Of a DNA stretch of 20,000 nt, positions 9,132-15,645 are shown in pieces (within the stretch, counting starts at the first letter, position 1; every line of letters starts with the position of its first letter). The translations under genes and the position numbers were made by a program. The notes below the pieces were generated by a model. The model was not told the DNA's origin. It ran no database searches and worked only from the letters and a program-made list of their open reading frames with translations. This DNA comes from an uncultured virus (IMG/VR IMGVR_UViG_3300005239_000270) (Duplodnaviria > Heunggongvirae > Uroviricota > Caudoviricetes), in IMG/VR virus record IMGVR_UViG_3300005239_000270; one strand, 5' to 3'.

Positions 9132-10425
9132 TTGCGTTTCACTTGAAATGAAGATGGCCACTCTGATGGCTCAACAAGAAGCCAGTGGCTTCATGTTTGA
9201 TATGGATGCTGCTGAACGTGTTAGGGAAAATCTCGCATGTGAGGCTAAAAACATTGAAGAAAAAATTCGAGCGACTTATCACTACTACCCTGGCAAAGTC
9301 TTCACACCAAAACGTACCTCTGCTAAGACTGGCTACGTAGCAGGTGCACCGATGACTAAGCTTGTGGACTTCAATCCAACAAGCAGACTCCATATTCACT
9401 GGGCATTGACGACATTTCGTGGTGCTCGTTTCACTAAAGTGACCGACAGTGGTAAGCCTAAGGTTGATGAAGCAACACTATCTGAAGTCAGAGACCTAGC
9501 ACTTGCTGCTGGGAATCAACAACTACATGATGAATGTGACATGTTCATCCGTCTGCTGACCTTACAGAAACATATGGGTCAGCTCAGTGAAGGTGCTAAC
9601 TCCTGGTTCAACTCTATTGAAGACGACGGTTGTATCCATCACAGCTGCACCTTGGCTACGCAGACAGGACGCAACGCTCACCGTGGTCCTAACCTTGGGC
9701 AAGTTGTGAGTGCACCATGGGCTAGGGAATTGTTTGTACCTTTCCCTGGTCATGTGATGGTTGGTGCTGACTTAGAAGGCATCGAGCTTCGTGCACTTGG
9801 GCACTACCTCGCCGTCTTCGATGAGGGCTCATTTGCAGATGTTGTATGCAACGGTGACATCCACCAGCAGAATGCTGATCGCGTGGGATGCACAAGGCCG
9901 CAAGTGAAATCGCTGACCTATGCCTTCATCTATGGAGCGGGTGACCAAAAGCTAGGCCACGTCTTGCATCCTGAGTATTCAGATGCTCAGAAAAAAGCAC
10001 TGGGCAGTGATCTCCGTCGTAAATTCCTTGACGCTATCCCTGGACTTGAACCACTGATTAATGCTGTCAAGCTGAAGGTACGCGAGACTGGCAAGCTCAA
10101 AGGCTTAGATCGTCGTCCTATCTTCTGTGATGGCGAACATAAAAGTTTAAACTTCCTTCTTCAAAGCTGTGGGGCAATCCTGAGTAAGCGTTGGTGCGTC
10201 ATCTCTCAAGAGCTGCTTGATAGCGCAGGGCTTACGTACAACAAAGATTACACCCGCTGTGCTTACGTGCACGATGAGCAGCAGTTTTCTGTACTACCAT
10301 CAGAATCAGACCGTGTTGCAAGACTACTAGTCGAAGCTGCACCCCTTGCTGGTCAGTATTACAAATTCCGCGTACCAATTACTGCTGCCTCTGACCAAGG
10401 CTCTAACTGGGCAGCTACTCACTAA
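9118..10425 (+). CDS. polA: DNA polymerase family A, polymerase domain only (T7 gp5-like)
   Basis: ATG 9118 with AAGGA SD. YVAGAP...FNPTSR thumb, TGR...PNLGQV, motif A DLEGIELR, motif B RPQVKSLTYAFIYGAG, motif C VHDE. Confidence 0.95.
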   Translation: MRIPDCVSLEMKMATLMAQQEASGFMFDMDAAERVRENLACEAKNIEEKIRATYHYYPGKVFTPKRTSAKTGYVAGAPMTKLVDFNPTSRLHIHWALTTFRGARFTKVTDSGKPKVDEATLSEVRDLALAAGNQQLHDECDMFIRLLTLQKHMGQLSEGANSWFNSIEDDGCIHHSCTLATQTGRNAHRGPNLGQVVSAPWARELFVPFPGHVMVGADLEGIELRALGHYLAVFDEGSFADVVCNGDIHQQNADRVGCTRPQVKSLTYAFIYGAGDQKLGHVLHPEYSDAQKKALGSDLRRKFLDAIPGLEPLINAVKLKVRETGKLKGLDRRPIFCDGEHKSLNFLLQSCGAILSKRWCVISQELLDSAGLTYNKDYTRCAYVHDEQQFSVLPSESDRVARLLVEAAPLAGQYYKFRVPITAASDQGSNWAATH

Positions 10426-10437
10426 ATATAATTTAGT

Positions 10438-10446
10438 TGCTAGAAT
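10438..10446 (+). promoter_or_regulatory. Candidate extended -10 promoter (TGcTAGAAT)
   Basis: TGn-TAnnnT just after the polA stop and 5 nt before a structured segment. Confidence 0.45.
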
Positions 10447-10451
10447 CGACT

Positions 10452-10542
10452 TGCCCGTAGAAGAACGTCGTCAGGGCATCTGGTTGCAGTAATTTTTGAC
10501 GTTTCTTGCTGTGTAATTACCGCTCCTGCATTCGTGGGAGCG
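10452..10542 (+). ncRNA. Candidate structured RNA (three hairpins, possible loop-loop pairing)
   Basis: TGCCC/GGGCA, GCAGTAA/TTGCTGT and CGCTCC/GGAGCG stems; loop segments AACGTCG and TGACGTT are complementary. Confidence 0.35.
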
Positions 10543-10597
10543 TCCCTTTGACTGTTCATCTAACTATAACTTCTAGTAATTAGATAAACTGGTAGGC

Positions 10598-10774
10598 ATG
10601 GAAGAAACTGAAATTACATTTACCATGAATGAACGTTCAGTTAGAGCGTTGCATTCAGCTGTTGTTTTTACTTTAGAAAAGTGGGCAGGGCAAGGACATC
10701 TTGATCAAGAGTGTTTACTTGATATAAAACCTGCTCTGCAAGGCTGTGTGTTTGAGTTTGATTTTAATCGTTAA
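10598..10774 (+). CDS. 58-aa hypothetical protein (not in ORF track)
   Basis: MEETEITFTMNERSVRALHSAVVFTLEKWAGQGHLDQECLLDIKPALQGCVFEFDFNR*; helical, protein-like composition. Confidence 0.65.
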   Translation: MEETEITFTMNERSVRALHSAVVFTLEKWAGQGHLDQECLLDIKPALQGCVFEFDFNR

Positions 10775-10878
10775 AATAAGATTATAACGTGCAACGTTTC
10801 AAGCAACTGCTCGAAAAGCAAGGGGTAAGGGTGTGATTGAAAGCCGCCCTCGTGATTTCCCTAATAAATAAAAGTAAC

Positions 10879-10887
10879 TGCTACAAT
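10879..10887 (+). promoter_or_regulatory. Extended -10 promoter (TGcTACAAT) for the riboswitch unit
   Basis: Predicted start site near 10894 coincides with the 5' end of the riboswitch. Confidence 0.7.
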
Positions 10888-10893
10888 AGTAAT

Positions 10894-10952
10894 ACGTTCA
10901 TCTCAACACATTGTTGGGACGCAAGTAAGCAAGTTAAGTGCTGAAGGAACGG
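10894..10952 (+). ncRNA. Glutamine riboswitch (glnA RNA motif, class I)
   Basis: P1 CGTTC(10895-99)/GAACG(10947-51); P2 TCTCAACA/TGTTGGGA; junction CGCAAGTA...GAAG E-loop; P3 AGC/GCT; lies upstream of a DUF4278-like gene. Confidence 0.88.
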
Positions 10953-10980
10953 GAAATTTCCCCTCATTAGGAGTTTCCAA

Positions 10981-11163
10981 ATGTCTGATCTAACAATCAT
11001 GAGCGTTGAAAATGCTCGTCGCAACATGGCGCGTGCTCGTAAAGAGCTTGAGCGTGCTCGTATCTTTGATACACACTACCGTGGTGTTAAGTCCACGACT
11101 CATGCTGAACCAGCTGAAGTACATGGTACCTTTGTTTATCGAGGTCGCACCTACACTAAATAA
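10981..11163 (+). CDS. DUF4278-like small protein
   Basis: SD AGGAG at 10969-73; two YRG motifs (HYRGVKS, VYRGRTY); directly downstream of the glutamine riboswitch. Confidence 0.8.
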   Translation: MSDLTIMSVENARRNMARARKELERARIFDTHYRGVKSTTHAEPAEVHGTFVYRGRTYTK

Positions 11164-11169
11164 ACCAAT

Positions 11170-11196
11170 GCCCCGCTCACGCGGGGCTTTTCTTTT
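11170..11196 (+). terminator. Rho-independent terminator
   Basis: GCCCCGC-TCAC-GCGGGGC followed by TTTTCTTTT. Confidence 0.9.
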
Positions 11197-11201
11197 GTTC
11201 T

Positions 11202-11486
11202 TTAATAGATAGGCTTCTCTGGTCTCAACGCTTCACTGCGTCTAACTTTTGCACCTTCTTCACGATTACGATCTTGCTGTGCAGTCAATCCTTTTGTAAA
11301 ACCACCTGTACCTGGCTTCTGTTCTTGTGTACCTCGTGTGACTTTATTGTCCCAGCTCATTTTGCCTCTACGTTGCCTAGCTCTTGCTAAAGCAGTCGCA
11401 CGAGAAGATGGTCGGTAGCTTTCTCTATCTTCAGCACTAAGCCTACGTCTATCAACAGGTTTATTGCGTAGGTTAGTTGACTTCAC
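11202..11486 (-). CDS. Arg/Lys-rich hypothetical protein
   Basis: Last gene of the - strand cluster, abutting the upstream gene. Confidence 0.65.
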   Translation of the reverse strand: MKSTNLRNKPVDRRRLSAEDRESYRPSSRATALARARQRRGKMSWDNKVTRGTQEQKPGTGGFTKGLTAQQDRNREEGAKVRRSEALRPEKPIY

Positions 11487-11699
11487 TTATGAATATTGCC
11501 ACGGTTCTTTCATTATATATCCTTTGTGGCTATACTCAACTATCGGTTGTACTTCACCGTCAACTTCAAAGCATACGACCCAGTCACTAAACTTGTGAAG
11601 CAACTCGTCGGGGATGCTATCTGCTAGCTGATCAATTGCTGCTAGCTGGTGCGGTTTACCTTCATATGCTTCAAAGAACTTACGTAAGTCAATTCTCAC
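11487..11699 (-). CDS. Small protein resembling the N-terminal module of the C39 lysin
   Basis: GTG start overlapping the upstream TGA; LRKFFEAYEGKPHQLAAIDQL...W motif. Confidence 0.65.
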   Translation of the reverse strand: MRIDLRKFFEAYEGKPHQLAAIDQLADSIPDELLHKFSDWVVCFEVDGEVQPIVEYSHKGYIMKEPWQYS

Positions 11700-11926
11700 A
11701 ATCCAACTTCTTGATTTAGTTTATTTACTGCTTTAGCAATCGGCATCACAGTTGTCATAATCTTTTGAAGCATCTCTTTGTCTACTGCTTCATTTCGATT
11801 ATCCAATAGCTCAATCTTTGATACTAGTGCTTCGTATTCCTGCCTATACTTTTTAAATCGATTGTCTGTTAACTTTTGACTTACAAGCAAAGCTACAAGA
11901 GGCCCTGCAATAACATATCCAATCAT
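11696..11926 (-). CDS. Small protein with hydrophobic N-terminus and coiled coil
   Basis: MIGYVIAGPLVALLVS followed by heptad-like repeats. Confidence 0.7.
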   Translation of the reverse strand: MIGYVIAGPLVALLVSQKLTDNRFKKYRQEYEALVSKIELLDNRNEAVDKEMLQKIMTTVMPIAKAVNKLNQEVGL

Positions 11927-11960
11927 ATTAATACTTTAACTGCGATTAGTCTAGCTCAAA

Positions 11961-12290
11961 TTAGCCAATCATAAGACCATCATCTGACAAATCATCGTCT
12001 TCCCATCCTTCATCATCTAGATCAACTGGAATACTATCATCATCATCTTGCATCATTAGGAGTGTCAAAAATGTATCTTCGGAAATTATTTCAGGCAACC
12101 CCTGTTGATTCTCATCAATTTTAAACATAATTCCATTTGCTCTCAACGTCTCTTGAACACCATTCTTTTGCTCCATTCGTGTCTTAAGCAGGCGCAAGGC
12201 GGTTTTCTCCAAGGCGGGGCGGCTCATGCGTCCCACTTCGTAGCGTGCCCTCGTTAAAGCAAACCTTTGCTCGATGGTTAACGGGTTCAT
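11961..12290 (-). CDS. NblA-like phycobilisome degradation protein with acidic C-terminal extension
   Basis: LTIEQRFAL...V.RMSR..L....L.L....MEQKN fits the NblA pattern LSLEQxF.L...V..MS.EQ; SD GAGGA upstream. Confidence 0.55.
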   Translation of the reverse strand: MNPLTIEQRFALTRARYEVGRMSRPALEKTALRLLKTRMEQKNGVQETLRANGIMFKIDENQQGLPEIISEDTFLTLLMMQDDDDSIPVDLDDEGWEDDDLSDDGLMIG

Positions 12291-12633
12291 CTAACTCTTC
12301 CTCTATAAATCTTTTGTTTGAAATCCATTCTTCAATAAGTTCTTGAGCAACAATGTTATAAAACTCTTGTCGTTGAAACCATACTAACCATGATTCAGAA
12401 CCTTTGTCAGCATTGCATGAGTGACAAGCAGGAATCAAGTTGCTTCTAAGGCTGGATCCTCCTTTGCACTTTGGTTTTAAATGATCGACCGTTGTAGCTC
12501 TGTGGCAGCGACAGTAAGCACATAGCCCACCGAAGCCATACTTAATTTGTTTTTTAAACTTACGCTTGGCTGACTGTTTAGATAAACAATCAAGGTCGAA
12601 TAACAAGTCCGACCAATCGTTAGCAATTCCCAT
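12184..12633 (-). CDS. HNH endonuclease (McrA-like)
   Basis: CAYC...TVDHLKPKCKGG...NLIPACHSCNADKG with catalytic residues intact. Confidence 0.9.
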   Translation of the reverse strand: MGIANDWSDLLFDLDCLSKQSAKRKFKKQIKYGFGGLCAYCRCHRATTVDHLKPKCKGGSSLRSNLIPACHSCNADKGSESWLVWFQRQEFYNIVAQELIEEWISNKRFIEEELDEPVNHRAKVCFNEGTLRSGTHEPPRLGENRLAPA

Positions 12634-12701
12634 TTAGTTGTCAGTAAGCAACTGACTTAAGACTAACTACTATATGTCTCTTTGAGTTTTATGTAGTGCA
12701 C

Positions 12702-12938
12702 TTAATAGCATTTATTTTTTACTATTGCATCTAGTTTGTCTTCCATCCTAATTAAATGACTCTCCATTCTGTCTATAGCAACTTGTAATTCAGTTTTACT
12801 TACAAAGTCTTGAACTATACGTAGCTCCACACCATCTACTCGCCTGTCTAAATAAGATATTTTATTGTAAATTCTGCTAGTAAGCACAGCAAACCCTGTG
12901 CCTACAGCAATAAAAACTGGAACAAATGGTTCAATCAT
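12702..12938 (-). CDS. Small protein with N-terminal TM helix and coiled coil (possible lysis accessory)
   Basis: Likely start is ATG 12938 (MIEPFVPVFIAVGTGFAVL), overlapping the stop of the upstream frame. Confidence 0.7.
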   Translation of the reverse strand: MIEPFVPVFIAVGTGFAVLTSRIYNKISYLDRRVDGVELRIVQDFVSKTELQVAIDRMESHLIRMEDKLDAIVKNKCY

Positions 12939-13101
12939 CTCTAAAAGCCTTGTGTGATTTGGATATGGACCATCCATCCATACCGAATGTTCCAGTCTCT
13001 TTATTTACTGTTTGAGTTTCCACTGGAGATGAATTAAGGACTGCCTCTTTTTTGAAGTAGTCCTCTATTGCTTCATCAACAATCAATGGAATGATTATCG
13101 C
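12931..13101 (-). CDS. 56-codon frame without a convincing 5' start, candidate -1 frameshift extension
   Basis: AIIIPLIVDEAIEDYFKKE...GMDGWSISKSHKAFRDD* fills the space between genes; its TGA overlaps the next gene start. Confidence 0.5.
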   Translation of the reverse strand, partial: AIIIPLIVDEAIEDYFKKEAVLNSSPVETQTVNKETGTFGMDGWSISKSHKAFRDD

Positions 13102-13256
13102 TTTGGGAGCAATGCGTCGCGTACCATTTCAACTGCTCGGTCGTCGAGTGTATTTTCACTCTTCTTCGCAAGGGCAGCAAGCAAATCTACGATCAATTGC
13201 TTGACTTTGGTTGAAGTTAAGAAACTAAAAAGAATTGGGCGCAATAATGTCAACAT
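13095..13256 (-). CDS. 53-aa phage protein with hydrophobic N-terminus (not in ORF track)
   Basis: MLTLLRPILFSFLTSTKVKQLIVDLLAALAKKSENTLDDRAVEMVRDALLPKR*. Confidence 0.75.
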   Translation of the reverse strand: MLTLLRPILFSFLTSTKVKQLIVDLLAALAKKSENTLDDRAVEMVRDALLPKR

Positions 13257-13714
13257 GAGTTTTATGCATCTTCCTTCACTATTCTACTANNNNNNNNNNN
13301 NNNNNNNNNNNNNNNNNNNNNNNNNNNNNNNNNNNNNNNNNNNNNNNNNNNNNNNNNNNNNNNNNNNNNNNNNNNNNNNNNNNNNNNNNNNNNNNNNNNN
13401 NNNNNNNNNNNNNNNNNNNNNNNNNNNNNNNNNNNNNNNNNNNNNNNNNNNNNNNNNNNNNNNNNNNNNNNNNNNNNNNNNNNNNNNNNNNNNNNNNNNN
13501 NNNNNNNNNNNNNNNNNNNNNNNNNNNNNNNNNNNNNNNNNNNNNNNNNNNNNNNNNNNNNNNNNNNNNNNNNNNNNNNNNNNNNNNNNNNNNNNNNNNN
13601 NNNNNNNNNNNNNNNNNNNNNNNNNNNNNNNNNNNNNNNNNNNNNNNNNNNNNNNNNNNNNNNNNNNNNNNNNNNNNNNNNNNNNNNNNNNNNNNNNNNN
13701 NNNNNNNNNNNNNN

Positions 13715-14508
13715 TGACGAATTGCTTTTAACTTATCCTCCAAAGTCCAGGTTCCGTAGAGTGCTGTCATTCCCTTTATTTTATGGCCTACAAGCTTGGA
13801 AATCATTGAGTCCTGCAGCTCTGCTGTCCTACAGCGAGTGATGAAGTTGTGCCTGAGTGAGTGTGCTGCTTCTCCTTTCGGTAGTTGCATACGTTCGCTA
13901 AACATCTGGCTCCAGTTCTTGCCTGGGTGTTGGCTGTAGTCAGTCCGCAGTCTTTCTACATGAGTGTAAAACTCAGGATGAATAGGCACATCTCTTGTGC
14001 CTCGACGTTTTATTAAGCGATTGGAATTGTTCCTAATTCTAAAATATGGTATCTGATTGTCAAAACGGATATCTTGTGGCAAGAGCCCTGCAATTTCTCC
14101 AACACGGAACCCGTGATACCAGATGGCTAAAAAGATGGGATCTGTATGGTAACGCCCGTAGAAACTGAAGGGTCTGACTGGATACTCTTTACCAAGCCGA
14201 TGGTAATCATGATCAATTTTAATTTTTTTGCTTGCATTTAGCCAATAGTTAGGCACATCAATAAGTTCTTCTTCAGTTGCCATATTCCAGATGCCTGTCA
14301 GCAAGCTCAGCCGACGACGCAGTGTCTCTGGAGAGAGGGTGCCTATTGGCTTGAGTTGGGACTTCCAATAACGATTGACAGTTACCCTGTCGATGTCACT
14401 GACGTCAATATCAGCTAGAGGCTTAGCTGCTTTGAGCCAGCACTTAAATGTTGAGTCACGGATGTCCTGCGTGTCACGGACATCTAGAAGCAATTGAGAG
14501 ACTTTCAT
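13715..14508 (-). CDS. int: Tyrosine recombinase / phage integrase (stop codon lies in the gap)
   Basis: GFRVGEI (R), IKR (K), AHSLRH (HxxR), LVGH and MTALY (catalytic Y). Confidence 0.92.
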
Positions 14509-14548
14509 TGTGTATTCGGGTTATAAGCAACGCCAATACATATCTAAC

Positions 14549-14575
14549 AAAAAACCCCACCGTTAGGTGAGGTTT
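14549..14575 (-). terminator. Rho-independent terminator downstream of the tRNA fragment
   Basis: On the - strand: AAACCTCACC-TAAC-GGTGGGGTTT plus a T-run; the G-U wobble works only on this strand. Confidence 0.7.
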
Positions 14576-14586
14576 AAGCTAGAGAA

Positions 14587-14604
14587 CGGAGAGGGAGGGA
14601 TTCG
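14587..14604 (-). other. attP core: 3' end of tRNA-Ser
   Basis: On the - strand CGAATCCCTCCCTCTCCG is half of a T-loop, the T-stem, the 3' acceptor strand and a G discriminator. It lies about 80 nt upstream of int. Confidence 0.75.
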
Positions 14605-14763
14605 CTCCTTCCGCTATTAGCGTTGTATCTGAATAGTAGCACCGAATGATCGATTGAACAATCAGCTGTGCTTATCAGTCAAGGGCAAAGTTTTCCACAG
14701 GTTGATTACGGATGAAGCGTTTAAGAGCTTCTAATCGCTTCATTATCTTTTTCTATTGATTGA

Positions 14764-14928
14764 TTAGTATTCACCCATACCTTTACGCTTGGAGTAGTTT
14801 TCTTTAATATGTTTCTTTAGATCTTTTTTATGTACTTTTTGCTTACCTTCTTCCACTTCAACCATATCATCTTCACCACTTGAGCCAGACATACTGTGGG
14901 AACCCATTTTATCGCCTGCAAATCTCAT
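14764..14928 (-). CDS. 54-aa charged hypothetical protein (not in ORF track)
   Basis: MRFAGDKMGSHSMSGSSGEDDMVEVEEGKQKVHKKDLKKHIKENYSKRKGMGEY*. Confidence 0.55.
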   Translation of the reverse strand: MRFAGDKMGSHSMSGSSGEDDMVEVEEGKQKVHKKDLKKHIKENYSKRKGMGEY

Positions 14929-14963
14929 TGTTTTAATGCAATAGTACTTATATTTTAACTATA

Positions 14964-15335
14964 TTATTCAGGTTGTTTACTGTACTGCTTACCTTTAGCG
15001 GTGTCTGCTTTTTTCTTTGCTGATGTTTTGGCGTAGTCTTTATCTGACATTGCATCACGTTTTTTCTTAGGAAGGTACCGTTCGCCTGTAGCCTCTTTAC
15101 CTTCTGTTGAATTTTTACCTGACTTAGTACCCCAGTCTTCCTTCGTCCACTTTTTCATTTTATTGGTCTTTGCATTAGGTTTTTTACCTTCGTATTTACC
15201 ACCACTATCTTTGTAGATTTTGGTAGCAAGTTGCATAGCACGAGCACTGTGCTTGCCACCCATCCTTGCTTTTGCTTTAGACTTTGCAGCTGCCCATTTT
15301 GCAGGATCTTTCTTTTTCGCAATACCATCAGCCAT
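14964..15335 (-). CDS. Basic protein, DUF5872-like
   Basis: SARAMQL...Y...GGKY.G.K...KKWTKEDWGT...RYLP...KK....GKQ pattern. Confidence 0.65.
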   Translation of the reverse strand: MADGIAKKKDPAKWAAAKSKAKARMGGKHSARAMQLATKIYKDSGGKYEGKKPNAKTNKMKKWTKEDWGTKSGKNSTEGKEATGERYLPKKKRDAMSDKDYAKTSAKKKADTAKGKQYSKQPE

Positions 15336-15550
15336 TACTTTTTATTCTTCTTTTCAAAGTGCTTACGTAGACCTTCTGGCATCTTACTTGTGTCGGTANN
15401 NNNNNNNNNNNNNNNNNNTGCTGCGGCAACGTCACGTTGAAGCTGACGTTCTATGACTGCAAGGTTACGTTGGTTTTTTGCTTCCATTTGTGCTGCCATT
15501 TGCTGACTTTGTGCAAATAGCTCATCACCTGCAAACCGTGGCATTTTCAT
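15335..15550 (-). CDS. Small hypothetical protein(s) spanning an N-gap
   Basis: Start and stop overlap both neighbours; the gap at 15399-15418 could hide a gene boundary. Confidence 0.5.
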   Translation of the reverse strand: MKMPRFAGDELFAQSQQMAAQMEAKNQRNLAVIERQLQRDVAAAXXXXXXXTDTSKMPEGLRKHFEKKNKK

Positions 15551-15645
15551 TTGTTTTTACCTGATGAATGTTTGCAACCGCATTTTTCTTTTGCGACTTC
15601 TTTTTTCTGTTGAAAAAAATCTTGAGCTTGTTTTTGTTTAGACAT
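15547..15645 (-). CDS. 32-aa basic peptide
   Basis: MSKQKQAQDFFQQKKEVAKEKCGCKHSSGKNK*; TAATG and ATGA coupling at its two ends. Confidence 0.55.
   Translation of the reverse strand: MSKQKQAQDFFQQKKEVAKEKCGCKHSSGKNK

Noticed and set aside
10789..10842. Resemblance to RNase P RNA (GTGCAAC...GGTAAGGGTG)
   Set aside because: Lacks the conserved ACAGAAA-like segment and the P4 core, and is far too short.
10870..10890. NtcA box upstream of the riboswitch
   Set aside because: GTA and TAC are 5 nt apart, not the required GTA-N8-TAC.
12939..12977. ATG 12977 as the start of the membrane protein
   Set aside because: ATG 12938 directly precedes the TM helix and overlaps the stop of the upstream frame, so it is the better start.
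14587..14680. Full tRNA gene
   Set aside because: Only the 3' 18 nt are tRNA-like; there is no matching 5' acceptor strand, D-arm or anticodon arm.
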